From positions 105,152,001-105,216,000 of the forward strand of contig NC_042999.1 in the NCBI RefSeq assembly GCF_006345805.1: 64,000 nt of DNA, in the 5' to 3' direction. Numbering within the stretch: position 1 is the stretch's first letter; each line of letters begins with the position of its first letter. Below, in pieces: positions 52,681-64,000 of the stretch. Under the pieces are notes generated by a model. The model saw only the letters and a program-made list of their open reading frames with translations. It was not told the DNA's origin and searched no databases. The DNA is from Octopus sinensis. Lineage: Eukaryota. A program made the translations under genes and the position numbers.

Positions 52681-53829
52681 ATATATACGGAAACTGGAAA
52701 GATAGAACAGGAAATATAAATCTGTATATATCTTTATTTATTTATTGGCAGAAATGTCACAAGAGCCTAGAGTTACATAGGCAATCCACATAAGAACTAC
52801 TGAGCAGGATAAATCTGTTTTAAGATTTATGAAGAGTTGCAGTTTTATTCGACCTTGCTTTATAATATAGCTATAATTGTATTTTATGTATTATTGTTAT
52901 AGTCGCCTTTACGACTTCAAATATAGAAGAATTATCCTAATGAACATTTCCCAGTCATTTGTTGTCGATGCATTCATGATTACTAAAATTCTGGGTTAAA
53001 GGTTATATTTTATAATTAAATCTAAAATAAAATTGAATTTTAATTTAAATCTTTAATTGAAATTTTTTCTAATACGTCTCTATTATTTGTTCTTTCAGAA
53101 ACTATTTTCTGCTCTTTTATTTTATGCTGAATGAATTTTGTTAGCATTTCGCACATGCTCCTAGGATTTCCATATGTTCTCAATATTTTTTTTTCTCTTT
53201 TAGATCTAGTTAGCTACTGCAACTTTGCTATTTTTCTTTTATCGATTAATTAGAGTTTATCTTTCAAGAGGTGATAGTTTGACAATTCTATTCATTGCAC
53301 AACACACATTGGCACCATAAGGTCTTATCTGGCACTTTTTTGCGCACAAAACGAAATCTCTGAAAATAAATGCCATTGGTCAATATCTTTAAATGTGTCT
53401 GATCAGGGAGAGCAATAAATCAAACAAACTCACACTCTCATACAAACGGACGCTCTTGTTCACACGTGCACATACACGCTGACACACACAAACACACACA
53501 CGCATGCACATATTTTACACGCATACACGCAAACTAACAGTGCTCGTATAAATATACAAGTGATAAAAGTAGACACAAGTAGACACGCATAATACAAGTA
53601 TACAGAAAAATAGGATACGGAGGAGAAAGAAATTGTAATCTAGCTTTTATACTTTCAATTATAAAAAAAAGAAAAACAAAAGAAAACTTTGAGATTGTTT
53701 TAGAAGGATACTTCATCCTTAGACTGAAAATTTATAAGGTCTTGTTTATATTCCAGGGGATATAGATAAGATCATTTGTCATAGTCACTTTCAGATGGGA
53801 CCAACCGTCATATAAGTCCACAGAAATAC

Positions 53830-54070
53830 AACACACCTGATGCGGAGATCATACCCAGTTTGTAAAACAACATTGTTCGAGATAATTTCAGTTGAATCAC
53901 AGTGGAATGAAAGGCCAATTGTCTTGTAATAGTGAACATATTCTTAGACTTAATATCAAAGGGGGTCTGCAAGGAGGATGCGTGCTCGCACCCAAACTGT
54001 ATCTAATATAACTGAATGTAATGATATAATATAAAAACATCAACCATGGTGTCAAGTGTTCACAGAGAAA
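53830..54070 (+). mobile_element. Degenerate RTE-clade RT fragment
   Basis: HSGMKGQLSCNSEHILRLNIKGGLQGGCVLAPKLY resembles HDGM...F.I..GV.QGCVLAP.LF. Confidence 0.65.
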
Positions 54071-54089
54071 ACACACGCTAACACAGGCA

Positions 54090-54156
<67 letters not shown>

Positions 54157-54199
54157 CAATAATATTAATAATGATGATGATGACGACGACGCTGATGAT

Positions 54200-54612
54200 G
54201 ATAATAAGCAATTATACTCTGGAATATAGAGAAATTAAGGCCAATAGGCCGAATATAGTTGTCAGAGTTCAGCAACAAAAGAAAAATGCTTTCTAATCGA
54301 TGTATCAATAACAACAGATGACAATGTTTCTCTAAAAGAAACGGAAAATCTTTCAGAATAGATAGATCTGGAAATAGATGTAACTCGAATGTGACGCCTA
54401 TTAACAGAAACAATTGAGTATGCACATTAGGCATGATAAAAATAGAACATTCAGACAAATTACAAGTAGTTGTAACATACAAAAAAATAGTACTACTAGG
54501 CACCACACCCATCCTACGTAGAACACTTTCAATACAAACCACATCACATACCCAGGGCACATACAGATGCTTTTCGTAGAGCAGTGAAAGCACGTGACTA
54601 CGAATACTACTA
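54200..54612 (+). mobile_element. Old R4/Dong-type LINE 3' end, same family as 11068-12342
   Basis: RLE remnants (KANRPNIVVR, FLIDVS) and a 3' UTR CACATACCCAGGGCAC...GTGAAAGCACG...TACTACTAAAT that matches the 3' UTR of the 11 kb copy. Followed by (TAA)n(TAG)n. Confidence 0.8.
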
Positions 54613-54632
54613 AATGATAATAATAATAATAA

Positions 54633-54696
<64 letters not shown>

Positions 54697-54697
<1 letters not shown>

Positions 54698-55138
54698 ATA
54701 ATAATTCCAAAATCCTGTGCGATGCAATGATCCTGTGCGATCGCCTGACCAAATAAAAACCAATGAACATGTATGATAATCGACATAGCATGCACCGGTA
54801 ACAAGAGGATCAATATGAAAGAAGAAGAAAAATAAACAACTATCATGACCTAAAGTGGGAAATGCTAAGGATGTGATCAATGAAGAGAGTAGACGTGATA
54901 GCAATAGTAATTAGTGCACTTGGAAGTATCAGTGTTCAACTACCAACATGGCTGAAAATGATCGGTGCAAGTGTGAAGGTAGAACTCCTAGAAAAATCAG
55001 CATTGCTTGGAAATGCAAGACTTCTTCGCAGGGTTCGTGAAGCATGACCAGTAAAGAAGTGTCACCTTAGTCTGATGGTTGTGGGCAGCTGACGCTTTCC
55101 ATCATACCCAGCAAAATAAGCTGATGAGTTTTAATGCA
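54697..55138 (+). mobile_element. R4/Dong-type LINE 3' end, distinct family
   Basis: IIDIACTGNKRINMKEEEK, YHDLKWEMLRM*SMKRVDVIAIVISALGS...KSALLGNARLLRRV, with a unique 3' UTR ending in AATAATA. Confidence 0.75.
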
Positions 55139-55221
55139 ATAATACCCCCACCACCACCACCACCACCACCACCACCACCAACACCACCATCACCACCACC
55201 ACCACCACCACCAACACGACC

Positions 55222-55253
<32 letters not shown>

Positions 55254-55297
55254 CAATAATAATAATAATGATGATAATAATAATATAATAATAATAA

Positions 55298-55328
<31 letters not shown>

Positions 55329-55340
55329 AAGAGAAGAGCA
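55139..55340. repeat. Compound (CCA)n-(CAA)n-(TAA)n-(GAA)n microsatellite
   Basis: Directly visible. Confidence 0.95.
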
Positions 55341-55449
55341 GTATTTCTGTGAAAACAACATCCATTCATGAATTTAATTATTTATTTATTAACTTTTAAA
55401 TGCATAGTTTACCTGTGAATTTGCGTGTGTAATCTGGGAATGCATACAA

Positions 55450-56625
55450 TGAGCTTTTCAGAGGCAAAGTTGACTCATAGTACAAAGAGGCAACGTAGTG
55501 TCGTCTGGTGGCGTAGAGCTACCCAGCGGCGAGAAAAGAAAAATCAAGGCTATTGAGACGAATGGATATAAATATCTGGGAATTTGAGAATACGACAACC
55601 AAGGATAGTGCAATGAAGGAAAGCTTTAGGAAAGCAACATCGGTGTTTTCAACGAGAACAGCATGGGATGGTACATCAAACAACAGAGCGAACCCTTACT
55701 TGCCGCTGTTAGAATTTGCGATACAATACCTACCAAAAATGTAATGCACCCACAAACATGTACGAAACAGGATGAAAAAAGAATAAACATTAAGGAAAAT
55801 GAGACTACTGCATGGGCAATACTTCAAAGAAACAGAAGGAATAAACAAGATCAACACTAAGAAAAAGTGATCTGAAAGGATTCACTGAGGCATTGATATG
55901 CAGCTCCCAGGAACAAGCTCTGAGATCTAATTATTTCAAATATCAAATAGATAAGTGTAGCGAATCGCCTATTTGTATGATGTGTTGCAGCAGAAACGAA
56001 ACAATGTCACATGTGAGTGAGTCTAGCATACTGGCCCAAAAGCATTAAAAAAAGAAGGCAAGATAACGCGGCAAATTTCATCCATGTCAAAGTAAGGTCT
56101 GAACGGAACATGCAAATAATACGAACATGAACAAGAGGAGTCATCGAGAACAAGGAGCATAAGATAGCGTGGGATTTTACAATCCAATCTGATTCCCTAA
56201 TCGATGCTCGGAGACTGGATATTTTTGTGGTAGATAAGGGGAAAAAAAGAAACCAAGATCATAGATATTGCAATACCTGAAGATGCACGCATAAGTGACA
56301 AAGGACTAGAAAAGATTGAAAAGTACAGACTACTAAAAGACGAAATCGCAAGAAAGTGGTCTATGAGGAGAGTGTCTGTTATACCAATAGTTGTAGGGGC
56401 ACTCGGAGTACTAACAAGCAAGTTCGAGAAATATGTCAAAGAAATCGGAATTGACATGAGAGCAGAGCAAGCCTCCAACATTGCTCTGCTGGGGACTGCT
56501 AGGATTTTGAGATTTGTTCTTGCATTAAAGCTTATAATGTGCAAAACGAAATTCTGTAAGACCTCTGACAGCAGGCTGCTATCCGCTATCACAACAAACA
56601 AGACCGAACGTTCTGAGAAAAAAGC
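55450..56625 (+). mobile_element. Older R4/Dong-type LINE, RT C-terminus to 3' UTR, heavily mutated
   Basis: GVELPSG...YKYLGI, AQEQALRSNYFKY.ID, PEDARISDKGLEKIEKYRLLKDEIARKW.MRRVSVIPIVVGALG...ALLGTARILR. Followed by (TAA)n. Confidence 0.85.
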
Positions 56626-56696
<71 letters not shown>

Positions 56697-56704
56697 TAAT
56701 AATA

Positions 56705-58797
56705 GGATGCAAAGATCAACTGCTAATCAATCGTATGATCCTTGAGAACTGTCACAACAAGCGCAGAAATCTCAGCACCGCATGGATTGACTGCAAAAAG
56801 GCCTTCGACAGTATACCGCATCCATGGATCTTGAGATCGCTGGACATCTTCAAAATTTCCCCCGTTATTTCAAACTTCCTGAAGCACAATATGTCGTTGT
56901 GGAATACGAATCTCCAATTATACCACTCTAATGGAGTACTTGCCTCAGGAAATATAAACATCAACTGTGGAATTTTTCAAGGTGACTCACTTTCACCTTT
57001 AATATTCTGCATAGCCCTAATACCCCTTACAAGTGAATTAAACAGAACAGGGTATGGGTATAAAATTGCCAATAAAAAAATAAGCCACCTATTTTATATG
57101 GATGACTTAAAACTTTATGGTAAAGACAATAATGAACTTGAAGGTCTATTGCGCACCGTGAAAGCATTCAGCGATGACATCGGGATGGAGTTTGGACTTG
57201 AGAAGTGTGCCAAGGCCACTTTCCAGAAAGGGAAAGTGAAGACCACAATTTCAGTCGTGTTAGATGTTGACACAGTCATAAGAGAGCTTGAGCAAGAACA
57301 AACATACAAATATTTAGGGATAAATGAAGGCTCTGGTATTCAGCATGCAAGCATGAAAGAGAAAATCAGGAAGGAATGTTATAGGAGAGTTCGTGCAGTC
57401 CTGAAATCTGAACTAAATGCACGTAACAAGGTGTTAGCTATAAATTCCTTAGCAGTTCCAGTTGTTACTTATAGCTACAATGTGTTGAACTGGAATATGA
57501 GTGAAGTAAAGAATATAGATAGAAAAATACGCAAGCTGCTGAGTTGTAATAGGATGCACCACCCAAAGGCAGACGTAGATCGCCTTTACCTTCCCAGAGC
57601 CCAAGGAGGTCGAGGCCTGATCCAATTTGAACTAGCTTACAAAACAACCACAATTGGACTGGCCAAATATCTCGAAATATCGAATGACTGGATGCTAAAG
57701 CTCGTGGAAAATCACGAGAGACGAAAGAAGCTTCATTCTATCATAAAGGAAAGCAAAAGATTTGCTATTGATCTCGTGCAGGATACCCAAACTGAACAAC
57801 CCGAGGGAAGTACGGCAACTATTGTTGCAAAGAAGGTGAAAATGAAAAAAGCACACGAGCAATTGGCTGATAGGTGGGAGGAGAAACCTCTGCACGGCAA
57901 ATATGTGACCCGCAGCAAACAAGCTGATGTTGACCAGAAGCAAACCCATCAGTGGCTACGGAGCTCAGGGCTAAAAGCAGAGAGCGAAGGTTTCATCCTG
58001 GCTGCTCAAGATCAAAGCCTATTAACCCGGAACTACCAGGCCAATGTGAGGAAAAATGGAGCAGACCCAAAATGCCGATTCTGCAACGACATGATTGAAA
58101 GAGTGGACCACCTAATCTCTGGATGTAAAGTCTTAGCACCAGTGGAGTATAAATTAAGACATGACAGAGTTGGCCAATATCTACACTGGCTAATAAGTCG
58201 GCATTACAATATCAAAACTGCCGACAAGTGGTATAATCACCACCCTGAGGCTGTAACTGAAGGAGAAAATGTAACCATTCTGTAGGACTTTCCAGTACAT
58301 ACAGACCGAACCATCAAGGCCAATAAACCAGATATTGTTGTGAAAGACCAAAACAATAAAGTTTGCTTATTGATCGACATGAGCATCCCCTGTGATCATA
58401 ATATCTCAGCGAAAGAGTTTGACAAGCTCAGAACATATAAAGACCTACTCATTGAAATTGAGAAAATGTGGCATCTCAAGGCGGTTACAATACCAGTGAT
58501 CGTAGGAGCACTAGGAATGATCAAGAAGGAAACTGAAAATTATATGAGAATGATCCCTGGCTTACCATCCCTGCAAGAAGTGCAAAAGATTGTCTTAACT
58601 GGTACATCACACGTATTGAGAAGAGCATTGTCGATGTGAGAACTGTTGCTGCTCATGTATTTTAATTTAACTTAAAAAAAAAAAAATGAACGAACTACTG
58701 AGTTTGGTTTAATGGCCTACCATTGTATACTATGAGTTTCTTTGCCCTAGGTGTCGGGAAGACACTCGGCAAGAAATGGAAGCAAATTTGAAAGAAA

Positions 58798-58798
<1 letters not shown>
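56705..58798 (+). mobile_element. Young 5'-truncated R4/Dong-type non-LTR retrotransposon (RT, CCHC, RLE) with one in-frame TAG
   Basis: GCKDQLL, WIDCKKAFDS, GIFQGDSLSPLIF, HLFYMDDLKLY, YKYLG, MHHPKADVDRLY, CRFC..MIERVDHLISGC, RHDRVG, IL*DFPVHTDRTIKANKPDIV...PVIVGALG. The stop is at 58639. The 3' UTR has a stem-loop (TTGCC..GTGTC/GACAC..GGCAA). Both flanks are (TAA)n. Confidence 0.96.
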
Positions 58799-58846
<48 letters not shown>

Positions 58847-58999
58847 TAATAATAATAATAAGAAGAAGAAGAAGAGAAGAAGAAGAAGAAGAAAAAGAAG
58901 AAGGAGAACAATAATAATAATACATTTAAAAATCAATTTTGCAATATCTAATAATATTCCCTTCATTTATCCTGGAATCCAATGTCATATCAGTGATAT

Positions 59000-59630
59000 A
59001 TATTATTAAAAAGGTATAGACCTTTGAATATAGGCATGAGAAGCAGCCGCCACAATAATCCAGATTTCTAAACAGAAGGTTGATTTCGTCATCGTATATG
59101 TTGCAGTAAGGGATAAGAAAGGATACTGGTTAATGGAGACATAAACTCAGAAAAATATGCGTTTATATTGTAGAAAGGACTCCTAATCTTCTCCACTAGC
59201 GAAATGATTCAGGAAGGCACTTTGCTATGGAAGATAGGCTCCTTGCCACACGGCGAAAACGATCGAAGATTTGTTGGATGAGAATGACATTAAAACGCTT
59301 CCATGGGCTAGCAAATCACCGGATATGAACCCTATTGAATACCTCTGGGAGACAATGGACAGGAAACGTCAGAAAAAGAACAAGCAATTATCTTCAAAGT
59401 CAGATGTTTTGAGATTACATCATGAAACTTGGTAAGAACTTCCGTAAGAATATGTTCGTAATCTGATCAGTAACATGCCCAATAGGGTCATCGCATCGAA
59501 GAATGCAAAGGGTACGTCTACTAAATATTAGATATTCACATTTTAACAATTGATAAATAATTTGAATGTATAATTTCAGATTAAAATAAATTTTAATGAT
59601 CATAAGGGGGTGTATTTATTTCTGTCATCA
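59000..59630 (+). mobile_element. Tc1 (DD34E-type) transposase 3' fragment with probable right TIR
   Basis: HTAKTIEDLLDENDIKTLPWASKSPDMNPIEYLWETM...VRNLISNMPNRVIASKNAKGTSTKY*. A TIR-like GGGGTGTATTTATTTCTGTCA lies near 59607. Confidence 0.85.
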
Positions 59631-59641
59631 CACACGCACAC

Positions 59642-59714
<73 letters not shown>

Positions 59715-59867
59715 TATATATATATATATATGTCCAGGAAGCAAATATTAAAATCAATAAATTCAAGAGATACTTCAAGAATTCAATCAGTAACACAATC
59801 CACAACAAGTCACATTCAGGGCACTTAAACATTTAACATCCTACTACGATCATACCACTCCCGCATT

Positions 59868-60030
59868 CTTCTTCTTCTTCTTCTTCTTCTTCTTCTTCTT
59901 CTTCTTCTTCTTCTTCTTCTTCTTCTTCTTCTTCTTCTTCTTCTTCTTCTTCTTCTTCTTCTTCTTCTTCTTCTTCTTCTTCTTCTTCTTCTTCTTCTTC
60001 TTCTTCTTCTTCTTCTTCTTCTTCTTCTTT
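59868..60030. repeat. Pure (TTC)n array of about 54 units
   Basis: Directly visible. Confidence 0.97.
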
Positions 60031-61884
60031 GCTTAGTTCACAAATACATAAAATATGTCCCTGGAATGAAGAGTCACAAAATCTCGTCAAATTTGTATAT
60101 ATGATTTAAATTTCAAGTTTTTCCATTTAAAACTTTACTTGTGGCTAAATTAAACCGAGAAATTTTCTAACCACTGATTGGGCAATTTCCCAATATCGGT
60201 TCAGTAAAAAACGAAGGGAAGGCAATGGAATTTCGACAAATTATTGATTTAGTGTTTGAAATTGAAATAGTAACAATGAAGGAATAATGGTGTATTTGTT
60301 CCTAAAAGAGATAGAGAGAGAGAGAATATAAGAGAGTGAGAAAGAAAAGAAATTGAGGGAGAGAGCAAATGATAGTGAGAGTGTGAGAGATCAGTATTTT
60401 CTTGCCTGCCTTGATGTATTGAAATTACGGTTGAATCCTTTATTAAATTTGAATAATTAGCATTATTCAAGAGGACACTCAAAATTCTAAAATAAAAGGC
60501 GAAAATCATTTATGATTTGAAACATATTAATATAAAAATAAATTATCTAATTCTTTATTTCTTGTATTATTTTATCCTATTTCCTTTTCTAGTTGTAATT
60601 ATAATGGAATTATTTTATTTTATATCTTTAATTATTTCTTCAAAATATATTTCATAGTGTCTTCTTTGGTGATTATTTTCTTGATTTCCTTATTTGTATT
60701 ATGTTTCTGTCTTATACCTCCTTCTTCTCTTCTTCCCTATCTTCCACTTCCTAAACCCCCTGCAACTTCTCCTCATTTTCGTAAGACAATTCTCGTAAGA
60801 CCATACTTAACAAAATTTACAACTAACGCTAAAATTACCACCAATAATGATACTAATACCATTGTTTCTATTTAAATATTCAACTGTGACATCATAGCCT
60901 TCATATATCTAGTTTTTCCACTATTGTTATTCATGTTATTATTATTAGTATTATTTTTATTAATAGCATATATGTCGCTGTTGAATATCCTTCTTCAGGT
61001 TTTGTTGGGGGGATTGTTATTAATTGTGTGCGTCTAAATGTAGACACCTATATATCTAGAAATGTGGAAGAGAATAGATGTGATATGTCAGAGGTTAGAT
61101 GTAATGAATGGGAAGAAAAACAGCAATTTTAGACTGCATTGGACTCGCAATAACAAATTGAAAAATTCAAATCAAAACAAAATATTGTCATTCACAATAC
61201 AATAAATTTTAGACACAATTAATAAAATCTAACAACATTCTTCGCTTTTAAAATGAAAATCCTAGCTCTTCACATTCCAAACACCGAAGAAAATAAAAAT
61301 TCTCATCCACACATACATGGGCGTATATAAACGTACACACATACACAAACATACTAATTACAAACAAAACATACGGTAAACAAAATAACTAAATAACACA
61401 ATCGAATCATCCAACCAAAGATGACAGCGTTATTAAGAACAAAGATGACAATATCACTGATGTCAATGGTTAACAAATAAATAAAATGAATAATTCTTTA
61501 ACGAAAATTTATTGAAATTACAAAAGTTTTGAAAAAGGTCAAGCCATTCCTAAATAAAGCACCATGCAGTTTTCTAAATCATTTCCTGTTAGAGCACATC
61601 TCTTTTTAAGAACGTTTTAGAGTGGTACTATTGACAAAATAGGAAATAATACGTTCCAAAGCCTCTCTATATTATGCAATGTATGAAAGGATATTGGTTA
61701 GATTTGTTGTTACTGTGCCTATAAATATTATAGACAGGAAGTTAATTCTCTTTCTAATAGCATTATAAATGTCCATCGCGGTAAAATTCATTACAATTAT
61801 AAAGTTGGCAACCCATGTTTAATGGTCATATTTGAGAACAAGGATCTGGAAATATTTGTATATGTGAGTGTGTGTGTGTGTGTA

Positions 61885-61966
<82 letters not shown>

Positions 61967-62197
61967 TGTGTATGTGCATGCGAGTGTAGGAAATCATTTC
62001 CTTTATGATTATTGCTCAGAAATAATAATGTTTTAAAGTCATCGATATGTAAATAATTTCCGCTTAAATTCTGTAAGTGGATATAATTTTAGTGCTTAAG
62101 CACTTATTCAACATATATAAATACACACATACACACACATATATATATATATATATATATGTGTGTATATGTGTGTGCGTCCGTATATATAAATGTA

Positions 62198-62302
<105 letters not shown>

Positions 62303-62352
62303 CATCTATACATACAAATATATATATATATACATACACATATATATATATC

Positions 62353-63400
62353 CAGAGTGCAGTGTGTAAACTATCGTCTAAGAGACGCTAAAATGAAAGT
62401 AATATTGACATCTCAATTTAATAGAAATATTTATCAAAATTACATAAAAATATCTTGAAATAGTAAAGAGTAAAATTTTTCAATAAAATCACGTTTGACT
62501 TCGACCACGGCCTCCGGTCAACTTCGGAATCTCTTGCAACTCATCTGGATGCTTTCCTTGTTTAAATTAGGGAATGCTGCCATAATCCTTGCCTTCAGTT
62601 CATCTTTGGTGTTAAAAGGAGTTTTGTTGATCTCTCGCTCAACTGCGCCCAATACAAGGGGATCGAAGTCTGGCGAGTTATGTAGCCAGATATTAGGAGT
62701 TGATGTGGTCGCAGAATTTATCTGACAGTTATGACTGTGTTCTCCTGCTTCTGTGGCATGGTGCAGTTTCTTGTTGCCAGACATAGGGTCTTCCACCAAC
62801 TACGCTATTCACCCAGAGAAGCACTACTTTCTCTAGGTACTTGATGTAGACCTCCGTGTTCAACGTGAGGCCGTGTGGGAAGACGAATGCATGTATAACG
62901 TCGCCATCACTGGTGATCAATCCAAACACCATGATGTTCACTAAATGTTTGATTTTTAACGCTCTTGGTACATATTTTGGGGACATGGCAAACCAACAAT
63001 TGTACTGTGTGTTCACCATCTGATCCTTGTAGAGATTTTTATCGTCTGAGAATAATCAAAGCATGTTATGTTGGAGGGGATGATTGGGTTAATTCAAAAG
63101 CTTCGTAACCTTTTGTCCTCGATGGCTTGGGGTAAACATAGGCCCTTTTTCATCTTGTACGAGGTACACAAAATGTCTTTATACACTAACTGCCTGATAA
63201 GAAACTCAAACACGTCCATGTGCCTAGCGATGAACCTGATTGATTTCGAGAGATCGTTGTCAGTTATGGCCTGGATCCCAGGAACAAATTCAGGATTGGT
63301 TTTTTTTCCGAGCTGCTTTATATTCGTAATCACCATTAGACTCGGTCTACTCTTTCCTAATCATCTGCACTTTCCTCTGATTGACACTCAAACACTCTGA
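62353..63400 (-). mobile_element. Tc1/mariner-superfamily (maT/DD37D-like) transposon fossil
   Basis: HLVNIMVFGLITSDGDVIHAFVFPHGLTLNTEVYIKYLEKVVLLWV...GRPYVWQQETAPCHRSRRTQS, NIWLHNSPDFDPL..VLGAVERE.NKTP.NTKDELKARI. The end CAGAGTGCAGTGTGTAAA abuts (TA)n. Confidence 0.85.
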
Positions 63401-63693
63401 AATGAACATACTGTCCTAACTCCAGTTTAGGAGTTACTCTTTTACAGTATGTTCTTTGTCTATCTCCTTAATGTCTTGGAGATTTTAGGTATAATTATAC
63501 TAATATGTCCACCTGTTCTAATTTAATTAAATTCTATGTCTTTGTGAAACTCAAGATTCCCCTGCATTTGAAATTGATGCAATGATTGCATTGTTCAATT
63601 AAATGGAGTTGCATGAAACGATCGTACTGCATAACCTCTGGATATCCTTGTTGCTTATTTTGATGAATTAAATATACATACACACATACACAC

Positions 63694-63757
<64 letters not shown>

Positions 63758-63785
63758 ACCACCTCAGTTAAAGCTATGATTTTGT

Positions 63786-64000
63786 GGAACCAATCGAGAT
63801 GATGTGGCCATATTGTTCGAATGACATATGAACGCATGCCGAAAGAACTGTTTTATGGTGAGCTTGCAGAGGGGATAAACTATCGGCGTAAACCTGGAGA
63901 AAGGGTTAAGGACGATATAACGACTACTATAAAGTCACTGGGGATTGTTCCAGAAGATATAGAAACCCTTGCTCGAATCGAGTTGGATGACGAACAAAGG
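63786..64000 (+). mobile_element. RTE (BovB-like) LINE C-terminal fragment, running off the window
   Basis: QSR*CGHIVRMTYERMPKELFYGELAEG...KDDITTTIKSLGI.P...ETLA. Confidence 0.8.

Noticed and set aside
56363-58285. 640-aa ORF as a host gene or autonomous retrotransposon
   Set aside because: It is a chimera of two LINE copies. The RT is 5'-truncated and the RLE domain is cut off by a TAG.

Overview
This is AT-rich, microsatellite-saturated eukaryotic DNA. Its SINE and LINE-tail repeats resemble those I associate with octopus (coleoid cephalopod) genomes; the species assignment is inference. I cannot support any intact host protein-coding gene, and most ORFs in the track are translations of (TA)n, (CA)n and triplet microsatellites. 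The window is dominated by transposon remains. (i) There are two clusters of R4/Dong-type restriction-like-endonuclease (RLE) LINEs, at 9.9-13.1 kb (all minus) and 54.2-58.8 kb (all plus), mostly separated by (TAA)n-derived tracts. (ii) A Penelope-like GIY-YIG fragment carries a minimal hammerhead ribozyme, and a second hammerhead sits in an ORF-less ~130 bp unit between (TA)n tracts. (iii) Other retroelements are a CR1/L2-like LINE, three RTE fragments and several tRNA-derived SINEs, including an inverted pair. (iv) There are six Tc1/mariner-superfamily fossils. (v) Several fold-back or inverted-repeat miniature elements occur, one enclosing a tRNA-like cassette. All alignments and folds were done by eye; no database search was run.
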